Assembly (NCBI GenBank): GCA_049968235.1
Contig: JBMFRC010000001.1
Span: forward strand, 288,001 to 352,000
Source: Candidatus Hydrogenedens sp.
Lineage (GTDB): Bacteria; Hydrogenedentota; Hydrogenedentia; Hydrogenedentales; Hydrogenedentaceae
Direction of reading: 5' to 3'
DNA: 64,000 nucleotides
Of this stretch, positions 10,314 to 19,365 are shown piece by piece. The position numbers and the translations under genes are program-made. A model generated the notes under the pieces. That model was given only the letters and a program-made list of their open reading frames with translations. It ran no database searches and was not told the origin of the DNA. Position 1 is the stretch's first letter; the number at the start of each line of letters is the position of its first letter.

Positions 10314-11921
10314 TTAATCTTTAGTGGGTTTCTCTACTTTGTAAATAGAATTCCATAATAACGAATGATGTTTCCATAAAGTATCTTTAGAACTATACAC
10401 AGGGACACCATTTTCAATCCGAAACAATTCGGGATTTAACAATACAGGATTTACAGATATTTTCGTAAGCACAATATCGGAAAGTATGTATTGAGAACCA
10501 ACAGAACTCGATAAATCAAATTTAAATATTCGTGAAAAGAAAGTATCTTTATAAATATGTCGATATTGGAAAGAATTTGATACGACAATATAATCGATAT
10601 CATATTGTTTAATAAATTCCTCTTCATTTTGTTCTTTTAGCAAACATGGGAAAATTTCCCCTCCCACAATACCGTCCACACTTATTAATTGGGCATTCGT
10701 ATTGAACTGAAACTGTATTTCATAAATTAATATTTTGCTTTTTTCATGGATACCCAATCTCCGAATTTCCTCTGCAAAATCATTTCCTAAGATACGGTCA
10801 AAACTGTACTTATAGTTTTCGGGTTTATTTAATTGCAAATGTTGATATATAGCAAATACAAACAGGGGCAACATAATAATAATTGCTATCTTTGAATATT
10901 TTGAAAAATGTCTTCCTATCTCCATTGCAATCCATGGAAACAATACAGGGACCAATGTTAGCAAATATCTGTTTGAGTAAAGCATAGGAGGAAAAAGAAG
11001 GTAAATAAATACCAGAAGTACACTACTAAAAAACATAATATTTTGTATTTTATCATTGGAAATAAGTTTAAAAATGTCTAGAAAGACCAGAAGAATAAAT
11101 AGAGGTAACACAAAAAGTAACGCGGGAGAAAACCGATATAAATCACCAATGGAAATTACTATTTTCTCTACATAGGAAATATCTTTATTTTCTAATGAAC
11201 GGATAAAACGCCCTAAAATAGAAGAAGGTGAAAGGATACCTGTCATCACGAATAAATATCCATAAACGACTACCGGGCTTGATAAACCTAAAATAAGATA
11301 TTTCCCAAATATTTTTCTATTCTCTGAAATTAATAAAAGTGCAGTAACAAAAAGCAGAAAATATTCTGGACGAACAAGAATAGAACATCCTGCGAAAAAG
11401 ATACCTGCTTTGTTCCATTTTATTTTCAATAAGAATAATGCAAATGTGGGGATAAAAATTATTAATGCAGTTTCGTATAATTGTGTAGAAGATATAAAGA
11501 GAGAATAAACAAACATATAGGAAAGAATTAAGAATAAAACAATAAATATTTTTTCCTTTTTTTGCATCGGGAATTGCTCATTGCCAATGCATATATAGAC
11601 ATTCAGGAGTACTCCTCCAAGGATAAAAATCTTATTTACATAAGTAGCAAATACCAGCCATTTTTCAAACCCCAAAAAATAATAAGGAATGGAATTTAAC
11701 ATGACCCAGAGAGGAGAGGTCGCTCCATGCTTTACTTCATAACCAAAGACAAAAGGTTTGGGGAAAAAATCACGAATAAAAGTAAAATATATAGAAGCAT
11801 CGCCATGAATTCGTGTTTTGTGAAGATAAAGAATAAAAAGAAGAAAGATAACAGGAAGAGTTAGCGATATACAATATATGACTTTTCCCTTTTGAAAATG
11901 TTGCGGATATAAATGATACAT
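10314..11921 (-). CDS. polytopic membrane protein, possible GT-C-type glycosyltransferase
   Basis: 535-aa ORF with more than 10 predicted TM helices and a C-terminal soluble domain. It neighbours the polysaccharide locus. Confidence 0.35.
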   Translation of the reverse strand: MYHLYPQHFQKGKVIYCISLTLPVIFLLFILYLHKTRIHGDASIYFTFIRDFFPKPFVFGYEVKHGATSPLWVMLNSIPYYFLGFEKWLVFATYVNKIFILGGVLLNVYICIGNEQFPMQKKEKIFIVLFLILSYMFVYSLFISSTQLYETALIIFIPTFALFLLKIKWNKAGIFFAGCSILVRPEYFLLFVTALLLISENRKIFGKYLILGLSSPVVVYGYLFVMTGILSPSSILGRFIRSLENKDISYVEKIVISIGDLYRFSPALLFVLPLFILLVFLDIFKLISNDKIQNIMFFSSVLLVFIYLLFPPMLYSNRYLLTLVPVLFPWIAMEIGRHFSKYSKIAIIIMLPLFVFAIYQHLQLNKPENYKYSFDRILGNDFAEEIRRLGIHEKSKILIYEIQFQFNTNAQLISVDGIVGGEIFPCLLKEQNEEEFIKQYDIDYIVVSNSFQYRHIYKDTFFSRIFKFDLSSSVGSQYILSDIVLTKISVNPVLLNPELFRIENGVPVYSSKDTLWKHHSLLWNSIYKVEKPTKD

Positions 11922-11939
11922 ACGAACTCCGAGTAAGCA

Positions 11940-13499
11940 CTATTCCGGGAATACACCAATGGGGACAGATATCGATTGGTTAATTATCGCCTGTATATCG
12001 CTTGCTCCCAAGCCATTACCATCAACATCTATATCTTTATCAATTGGTGTAATGCCCAAAATGACCTCTACTGCAAGGTCTACATCTTCATCGTTTACTT
12101 TACCATCCGAATTAATGTCACCATCACTCAGGGGAATGTCGCGACGGGTTGCCCATCCATCAACAACCTCAATTCCATTTACACGGTAAGGAATATATCC
12201 TGGTGCTGTAAAAGCAAGGTTGTATGTCCCGGGCAATAATAGCCGATGATAATTTCCTACACGCGGATGACTGAAAACAGGTTGCGTGTTGCCCTGCACT
12301 AAAACCTTTGTCCAGACAGGGTCTCCTGTATTGCGGTCATATACCAATCCACGAATTCCACGTAAAACGCACTCTAAATACGATAACATGGATTCACGGT
12401 TATTATTCCATAATGTCGGTATCCATGACCCAGCCGGGAATTTTGTGTTAAATAATTCTATCGTCATTTCAATACATCCCGTAAATCGATAATTCCAATC
12501 TTGCATTCCACCTGTAACGACATACCACTCCGCACCATTTGTTATTCCGCCGGGAAATTGAGAATTAGTGTACATGGGTGTGTTATGCATAGCATATTGC
12601 GTGGCTATCCACTTCATTAGTGCATCATCCGGTGTCGGTGCCTCAACACCACTGGGACCTCCATCATTGTCATATGGATAATTTACAACCATTGCACCTG
12701 TATGAAAATTTGCAGATAAACTAAAATTGTGTTCTAATGACCAACGCATAATATGCTGAATCTCGGGCTGCCTCGTTTCAATAGATATATTACCTCCATC
12801 ATAATAGAATGTATTGAAATCAGTAGGATAATTGGGAAAAGAACGGTTTAAATCTACGCCATTAGCATTAAACCGTGATACCGCTTCGCGTCCATCCGGA
12901 TTCATCAAAGGCACAATCCATATAGAAACCTCATCAACAACATTTTTAATCCTTGTATCTGTGGAATAGTTTTGCAGGAGATACTCCGCAAAAAACAGAC
13001 ATAACTCTGTCCCGATGGGTTCATCCCCATGTATTGTAGCAATATACTTAAACTCAGGCTCATCTTCTTCTATATCCGGATTATCCGTAATGTGAAGTGC
13101 CCACAATTCTCGTCTCTGCACAGATTGCCCCAATGACATTAAACGGGTAAGAGTCGGATATGTATCGGTAAGGTTTTGTAAAAATTGTGTTAATTCTGCG
13201 TAGTTGTGATACCCTGTAGGTGTTTTCTCTAAGTAAGGCGATGGGTCTGTCCCTATCACTTGTGGTTCAAAACCTTCATTTTGCAATTTTTTCAATGCAT
13301 ACTTCGGAATATAAACACGAGCATAATTCCCATCATACGAATCAACAGAATACCCTTGTTGCTCAAGATAATCAATGTCTGATAGGCTCTTAATTTTTAC
13401 CTGCACGATATACCATATGGGTAAGGATGCTTTCTGCGCAAAAACTTCAATATCGGAGAGAACAACAAATAACAATAGAATTAATACTAATTTTTTCAC
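11940..13499 (-). CDS. secreted M14 zinc carboxypeptidase with carboxypeptidase-regulatory-like domain and C-terminal dockerin-like module
   Basis: Signal peptide, then an M14 HxxE zinc motif (IHGDEPIGTE) and NPDGRE. The C-terminus has two dockerin repeats, DINSDGKVNDEDVDLAVEVILG and DVDGNGLGASDIQAIINQ. Confidence 0.75.
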   Translation of the reverse strand: MKKLVLILLLFVVLSDIEVFAQKASLPIWYIVQVKIKSLSDIDYLEQQGYSVDSYDGNYARVYIPKYALKKLQNEGFEPQVIGTDPSPYLEKTPTGYHNYAELTQFLQNLTDTYPTLTRLMSLGQSVQRRELWALHITDNPDIEEDEPEFKYIATIHGDEPIGTELCLFFAEYLLQNYSTDTRIKNVVDEVSIWIVPLMNPDGREAVSRFNANGVDLNRSFPNYPTDFNTFYYDGGNISIETRQPEIQHIMRWSLEHNFSLSANFHTGAMVVNYPYDNDGGPSGVEAPTPDDALMKWIATQYAMHNTPMYTNSQFPGGITNGAEWYVVTGGMQDWNYRFTGCIEMTIELFNTKFPAGSWIPTLWNNNRESMLSYLECVLRGIRGLVYDRNTGDPVWTKVLVQGNTQPVFSHPRVGNYHRLLLPGTYNLAFTAPGYIPYRVNGIEVVDGWATRRDIPLSDGDINSDGKVNDEDVDLAVEVILGITPIDKDIDVDGNGLGASDIQAIINQSISVPIGVFPE

Positions 13500-13922
13500 T
13501 TTTACATTAAGACCTTATGTCTACAGATTTCGATATAACCATTATAAAACTTTAAGTGATTGTTAACAACCTATCTATAAAAGAACTAAACATACATTGT
13601 TATTGATGCTAATACTAACAAATGGTACCTATAAATAAATCATATTATGCAAACAATATCATATTATATAATATTTGGGAAGGATAAGGGAGAAAAAATT
13701 GAAACAGAAAAATGAGGGAAGAGGTATATATTTTACGGAATCAATTGGTTAATTACCCGGTAAGGAAGAATTAAAATCAAAAAATCAACACGGTATAATA
13801 AAAAGGATGGAGCATAGAAGTTCTTAGATTATGTAGTGTTCAATCAGAAGTGGAAACGGCAGAGGGAAGTTTTGAATATCTAATAGTAATTTTCAAGGGT
13901 TTCTTTTTAGATATTTTTCAAT

Positions 13923-13951
13923 TTGTTTAAAAGATGTTTTTTTGCTATAAT
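13923..13951 (+). promoter_or_regulatory. candidate sigma70-type promoter for the rpsF operon
   Basis: TTGTTT, a 17-nt spacer, then TATAAT, about 55 nt upstream of the rpsF start codon in an AT-rich 500-bp intergenic region. Confidence 0.35.
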
Positions 13952-14006
13952 AAGAGTTTCTAAACGCCAGTAATATAAAAACCCAAACCGTAATGAGGAG
14001 TAAAAT

Positions 14007-14435
14007 ATGTCATTACGAACTTACGAAGCGCTGTTTATCGTCAGTCCGGAAGTGGAAGACGATAACATCCAGGCAATAGCCCGCGAGACCGAGAATCTGG
14101 TCATAAAGAGCGGAGGGGTTATTGTGCGCTCCGAAGTATGGGGTCGGCGGAGATTGGCTTATAAAGTCAAAAATTTTTTGGAGGGTATCTATATCCTGAT
14201 ACGTTTCCAATCCTCCCCCAACTTCATTGCGCGACTGGAAAATTATTTCCGCCTCAGTGAACAAATTATTCGCTACATCGTCGTTTATTTCGATGAAAAA
14301 ACGCTCCGATTGGAAGCAGAGCAGGCACAGCGCCGGCAGGAATTAGAATCCGGATACGAACAACAATCCGATAAAGATGAAAATCTTGCCCCCATTCCTA
14401 CAAGTGTTGCAGAGGAAGAGGAGGATGAGGAATAA
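14007..14435 (+). CDS. rpsF: 30S ribosomal protein S6
   Basis: MSLRTYEALFIVSPE...VWGRRRLAYKV with an acidic C-terminal tail. Confidence 0.9.
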   Translation: MSLRTYEALFIVSPEVEDDNIQAIARETENLVIKSGGVIVRSEVWGRRRLAYKVKNFLEGIYILIRFQSSPNFIARLENYFRLSEQIIRYIVVYFDEKTLRLEAEQAQRRQELESGYEQQSDKDENLAPIPTSVAEEEEDEE

Positions 14436-14459
14436 ACTTTAACATAGGAACAGGTAATT

Positions 14460-14969
14460 ATGTCGGATATTCGCGTTCCTGATTTAAACATTGTTCTAAT
14501 TGCCGGTAGACTTATAGGAGACCCGGAAACCCGTGCCACTCCCACTGGGAGAACAGTTACAAAATTTACTATAGCAAATAACCGCCGTTTCAAAGGTAAA
14601 GATGGAGAAGTCAGAGAGGAAAGCCTCTTTATTTCTATCGTATCCTGGGATAGTATGGCGGATTACGCCTATAAGTATCTCCGTAAAGGGGGACCGGTTC
14701 TCGTCGAAGGTCGATTGCGGATGGATAAATGGAATGACCCAACAACCAACCAGCGCAGGTCGCGGTTCGAGATTGTAGCACGAAGTATTCAACAGCTTGA
14801 TTGGGGGACAGGTTCGTCAGGGAAAGCAGGACAGGGAAGTATTCCTCCAAATGAAAAGGCAGTTCCCAATATGAACAATTACCCTAATCAGGATAAAGGA
14901 ACTTTCTATCCAGAGGAAAATTACCCGGACGATAGTTACCCTATGCCGGAAGATGATGTCCCGTTCTAA
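14460..14969 (+). CDS. ssb: single-stranded DNA-binding protein
   Basis: OB-fold N-terminus (LNIVLIAGRLIGDPETRATPTGRTVTKFTIA), a Gly/Pro/Asn-rich linker and an acidic C-terminal DDVPF tip. Confidence 0.9.
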   Translation: MSDIRVPDLNIVLIAGRLIGDPETRATPTGRTVTKFTIANNRRFKGKDGEVREESLFISIVSWDSMADYAYKYLRKGGPVLVEGRLRMDKWNDPTTNQRRSRFEIVARSIQQLDWGTGSSGKAGQGSIPPNEKAVPNMNNYPNQDKGTFYPEENYPDDSYPMPEDDVPF

Positions 14970-15057
14970 TTCCATTTCAAGAAAATCGTTTATTATTACC
15001 AACCTATAGAAACAATTAAAATTTTAACCCATATTTTAACAAAAGGAATAATGTCTT

Positions 15058-15339
15058 ATGGCACACATTTCTGCAAAAGCAAAATCAAAAATTCGGATGA
15101 AACGATTAAAGAGAAGAAAGAAGAAGAGAGTTTTCCGGAAGAAAACGAGCAGGTTAACCATAGAACGAATAGTATATATCGATTATAAGGATACGAATTT
15201 GTTACGGCATTACATAACCGAACGTGGTAAAATCATACCCCGTCGGATTACGGGTACCACAGCAAAACAACAGCATATGCTTACAAGGGCAATTAAATTA
15301 GCCCGTCAGATTGCATTGCTTCCTTTCGTAGCGGAATAG
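15058..15339 (+). CDS. rpsR: 30S ribosomal protein S18
   Basis: [33 protein letters not shown] is the S18 signature. Confidence 0.9.
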   Translation: MAHISAKAKSKIRMKRLKRRKKKRVFRKKTSRLTIERIVYIDYKDTNLLRHYITERGKIIPRRITGTTAKQQHMLTRAIKLARQIALLPFVAE

Positions 15340-15357
15340 CCCATATTTAATTCGTAA

Positions 15358-16365
15358 TTGTTTCTTATGTCCAATGTGTTAACGAAAATATTGTTTTTAA
15401 TTTTGACCACTGCCTATTTAACAGGGGAAGGATTATTTCTGTTACTTCCCCTTGTTACAATTGTAGTTATTGGCCTGACAATAGCAAGAAATTCGTGGTT
15501 ACGTACAGCCCTTCTTTGTTTAGCCCTCATTCCGGGGTTTGTATTAGGGGCAATTATGGAATCACTACCATTAAGCACTGAAAATCTTCTAATGTGGACT
15601 GCTACCTTTCTGGCAGGTATTTTATTACCCATTTTCATAGGGTATGCATTAAGAAAATACTCGTGGTCACGCTGTCTCCTTCTAATAACCTCGCTTCTGT
15701 TCATTTGCGGAATAGCCTTTACCATGTATTTCTGGAATGATTTACGCAAAGATATAACAATCTCTATTAATGCCCGGATTGCAGAAATAAAGGAACTGGG
15801 CAAAGAACAGGCCCCTGAGAATTCAGAAGAAATCAACAAGAACTTGATTGAAGGGTTGAAATATCTCGATTATCATTGGGAAGATTTTCACATTGGGCTA
15901 TTATTTGGACAAAGTTTAATAACAGCCCTAATCATTATGGGCTGGATGATTGCACGGCTAAAAAATATGCCCACAGAAGATGGCATTCATTACTGGGAGA
16001 ACTCACAGTTAGGAACTTTTTATCAAGTTCGCCCCCCGGATTACCTGGTATGGCTGGCTATTTTAACAGCAATTATCTTGATATATGACCAGCATTATAA
16101 CGCAGGCGAGTGGCTTCGTATCATCTCGAGAAATACTGCTATTATTCTCAGTTTTATTTACTGGCTCAACGGATTGAGTATACTCACTTTGCTTATCTAT
16201 TTATCTCATTGGAACATTATGTTAACACTGGGAATTTTTCTTCTTGCGTTGGGCATGTGGACTTTTCCCCTCCTTGCGATTATTGGTTTTTTCGATACAT
16301 GGTGGGAATTTCGAAATATGCTTTTACGGTATAACAATTGGGCACGCTCGAAAACAAACGTTTAG
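15358..16365 (+). CDS. DUF2232 (YybS-like) membrane protein
   Basis: 335-aa polytopic membrane protein between rpsR and rplI, the position occupied by yybS in Firmicutes. Confidence 0.5.
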   Translation: MFLMSNVLTKILFLILTTAYLTGEGLFLLLPLVTIVVIGLTIARNSWLRTALLCLALIPGFVLGAIMESLPLSTENLLMWTATFLAGILLPIFIGYALRKYSWSRCLLLITSLLFICGIAFTMYFWNDLRKDITISINARIAEIKELGKEQAPENSEEINKNLIEGLKYLDYHWEDFHIGLLFGQSLITALIIMGWMIARLKNMPTEDGIHYWENSQLGTFYQVRPPDYLVWLAILTAIILIYDQHYNAGEWLRIISRNTAIILSFIYWLNGLSILTLLIYLSHWNIMLTLGIFLLALGMWTFPLLAIIGFFDTWWEFRNMLLRYNNWARSKTNV

Positions 16366-16425
16366 ACTCGAAATAAGAACAAAGATAAAAATATAATTAA
16401 ACAAGAAAGGTCAGGAGAATAAACG

Positions 16426-16902
16426 ATGAAAGTGATTCTATGCAAAGACATCGAAAAATTAGGTAAGGTCGGAGAAACTGTTGAGGTTTCTGACGGTTAC
16501 GCACGCAATTTTCTGATTGCCCGTAAACTTGCGGTATCCGTCCAATCTGCTTCCGCTGCGGAAATTCGTCATCACCTTGAAATTATTCAACGACGTGAAG
16601 CCAAACGAAAAGCAGAAATGGAATCGGTAGCCAGGCAACTCAATACAATCACTATTGAATTTAAAATGCGTGCTAGCGATGAAGAAAAATTATTTGGTTC
16701 GGTAACTTCCGCTATGATAGCAGAGGAACTGCAAAAGATGGATTTTGACATTGACCGCAAACAAGTTCTTCTGGAAGAGCCTATTAAGACTCTGGGCATC
16801 TTTTCAGTCCCTGTAAAATTAGGAAGTGGAGTAACTGCGGAAGTGAAAGTATGGGTCAGTCAACTTACTGATGAAAATAATCCGGTAAATTCAGATAATT
16901 AA
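16426..16902 (+). CDS. rplI: 50S ribosomal protein L9
   Basis: MKVILCKDIEKLGKVGETVEVSDGYARNFLI. Confidence 0.9.
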   Translation: MKVILCKDIEKLGKVGETVEVSDGYARNFLIARKLAVSVQSASAAEIRHHLEIIQRREAKRKAEMESVARQLNTITIEFKMRASDEEKLFGSVTSAMIAEELQKMDFDIDRKQVLLEEPIKTLGIFSVPVKLGSGVTAEVKVWVSQLTDENNPVNSDN

Positions 16903-16905
16903 TCT

Positions 16906-18354
16906 ATGGCAGATTCCCGCACGAAAGATAAGTCGAAAAGGAAATCATCTATTACGTTTTTTGACCGCGAACCGCCACAATCTATTGAATCGGAACGCGC
17001 TGTTTTAGGGGCTGTTTTTCTGGACCCGGATACATTTCCCAAAGTTCTTGAGATTTTTAATTATAACACCGACAATATCTTTTATTATGGACCGCACCAG
17101 ACTATCTTTGAAGCCATGTATGATATTTATCATACAACACAAAGCAAACCCGACCTTCAGGCAGTTGCCGGCAATCTTGAAACAAAAAAATTACTGGCAG
17201 ATGTAGGAGGTATTTCTTATCTAACAGAGTTATCCAGTTCCGTACCGACCTCCGCAAATATAACCTATTATGCGAATATTGTTATAGAAAATGCATTAAA
17301 ACGGAAACTAATTGAGATATGTGGTGATGTTATTAGCAAGACTTACGACGGACAGACACCATTTAAAGAACTTGCGGATGAAGCAGAAAGTAGCCTTTTT
17401 ACGGTTGCAATGCAAAGAAGGACAAATCCCATTTATAAATTAGGGGAATTCGCTGCATCTTTTGTTTCAGACATGGAAGAAAGAGTAGGAAGGAAAGAAA
17501 CGTTAACCGGAGTTCCCACAAACTTTCCTGAATTGGATGATAAACTGTGCGGACTTCAGTATTCCGAAATGATTGTTCTTGCAGCACGACCTTCTGTTGG
17601 AAAAACCGCTTTCGCCCTTAATATTGCTCGTAATGTGGCTAAAAGGGGGATAGGTGTGCTTATTTTTAGTTTGGAAATGTCCAAAGAATTGCTTCTTCAA
17701 AGACTTATTTGTATGGAAGGACAAATTGATGGACAAAAAATGAGAAATGCTTTTGCTGTCCAAAAAATTATGGCAGATATAGTGGAAGCCACCGGGCGAA
17801 TATGTAATCTTCCTATTTTTATTGACGATACTCCCAGCATTAATGTTATAGAACTTCGTTCAAAAGCACGAAAGCATCTATATTCAAATCCGGAAGTACA
17901 ATTAATTATTATTGACTATCTCCAATTAATGAATGTTCACCGACGTGGTGAAAATCGACAGGTAGAAATCGCAGAAATATCACGACAGATTAAAGGTCTG
18001 GCACGCGAGTTAAAAGTCCCCATTCTTACATTGTGTCAATTAAGTCGCGAGGCAGAAAAAGAATCTTCCGAGCCAAAACTTTCTCATTTGCGAGAGTCAG
18101 GAGCCATTGAACAGGATGCCGATGTTGTTCTTATGTTATATCAAGATAAAAAAGAAGAGAAAAGCAAAGATACATCTAGAGAGGAAGCTCCGGTAAGTGT
18201 ACACTTAAAGATAGCCAAACAAAGAAATGGCCCCACAGGGATTATTGATTTCTTTTTCCATCGTAGATATCAATCCTTCTTAGAGGTAGGTCATTTTATA
18301 GGAGAAGAACCTTCTTCTAAAACAAGCGAGGATGATGAGGAATCCCCCATTTAA
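16906..18354 (+). CDS. dnaB: replicative DNA helicase DnaB
   Basis: N-terminal DnaB domain (ESERAVLGAVFLDPD) and a RecA-like core with Walker A (ARPSVGKTAFALN) and DYLQLM. Confidence 0.9.
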   Translation: MADSRTKDKSKRKSSITFFDREPPQSIESERAVLGAVFLDPDTFPKVLEIFNYNTDNIFYYGPHQTIFEAMYDIYHTTQSKPDLQAVAGNLETKKLLADVGGISYLTELSSSVPTSANITYYANIVIENALKRKLIEICGDVISKTYDGQTPFKELADEAESSLFTVAMQRRTNPIYKLGEFAASFVSDMEERVGRKETLTGVPTNFPELDDKLCGLQYSEMIVLAARPSVGKTAFALNIARNVAKRGIGVLIFSLEMSKELLLQRLICMEGQIDGQKMRNAFAVQKIMADIVEATGRICNLPIFIDDTPSINVIELRSKARKHLYSNPEVQLIIIDYLQLMNVHRRGENRQVEIAEISRQIKGLARELKVPILTLCQLSREAEKESSEPKLSHLRESGAIEQDADVVLMLYQDKKEEKSKDTSREEAPVSVHLKIAKQRNGPTGIIDFFFHRRYQSFLEVGHFIGEEPSSKTSEDDEESPI

Positions 18355-18387
18355 AATAAAAAATAAGTAAAGGTAAAGGAGAAAAAT

Positions 18388-19257
18388 ATGTTCAAAGGTT
18401 CATGGGTTGCTTTGGTAACACCTTTCAAAGAAAATTATGAAGTTGATTTTGATGCGTATGGAAGATTGATAGATTTTCATATTGAACAGGGGACGCATGG
18501 TTTGGTCCCATGTGGTTGCACAGGTGAAGCGGCGACACTCTCTCACGAGGAACAAAAGGAATGTATTCGTTTTGTTGTGGAACGCGTTGCGGGTAGGCTC
18601 CCTATCATCGCTGGAACAGGCTCTAATAATACTATGGAAGCATTAGACCTTACCCGTTGTGCAAAAGAACTTGGTTGTGAAGGTGCTTTATTAATAACCC
18701 CTTACTATAATAAACCAACACAAGCAGGCTTGATAGCTCATTACAAAAAAATCGCAGAAGAAGTAGATATTCCTATCGTTCTTTATAATGTTCCCAGTAG
18801 AACCGGTATTAAATTAGAACCGGATACAATTGCAGAACTAAACAAATTCCCAAATATTGTTTGTATTAAAGAAGCCTGCGGTAGCGTTGACCAGGTATCC
18901 CAGATTCGTTCCCTTTGCGATATAACGGTATTGTCAGGTGATGATAGTTTAACCTTACCCATGATGTCCATCGGTGCTACAGGTGTTATATCCGTTGCTG
19001 CAAATATTGCTCCTGCGGATATTGCTTGTATGTGTACTCTGGCTCTGGAAGGAAATTATGCAGAAGCACAGAAAATCCATTATCGGCTTATGCCTCTTTT
19101 CAAAGCCTTGTTCTATGAAACCAATCCAATGCCTGTAAAGGCAGGTTTGGCACGTATGGGCATGATTAAGAATATCTTGCGTCTCCCTCTGGTCCCAATG
19201 AGTGAACCTCAATTCAAACGATTAGAACAAGTTCTTCAGAAATTGAATTTCATCTAA
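18388..19257 (+). CDS. dapA: 4-hydroxy-tetrahydrodipicolinate synthase
   Basis: ALVTPF...GLVPCGCTGEAATLSHEE...NKP...YNVPSRTG are DapA family motifs. Confidence 0.85.
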   Translation: MFKGSWVALVTPFKENYEVDFDAYGRLIDFHIEQGTHGLVPCGCTGEAATLSHEEQKECIRFVVERVAGRLPIIAGTGSNNTMEALDLTRCAKELGCEGALLITPYYNKPTQAGLIAHYKKIAEEVDIPIVLYNVPSRTGIKLEPDTIAELNKFPNIVCIKEACGSVDQVSQIRSLCDITVLSGDDSLTLPMMSIGATGVISVAANIAPADIACMCTLALEGNYAEAQKIHYRLMPLFKALFYETNPMPVKAGLARMGMIKNILRLPLVPMSEPQFKRLEQVLQKLNFI

Positions 19258-19365
19258 TTTATTACCGGTTCAAAGATTTTTATTTTACTCTAAAATAGTT
19301 CGTATCATTACATGCAGATAGTAGTTTTCTCCTCAAAAGTGTAAAGAAGGTCATGAGGAAGGGCA

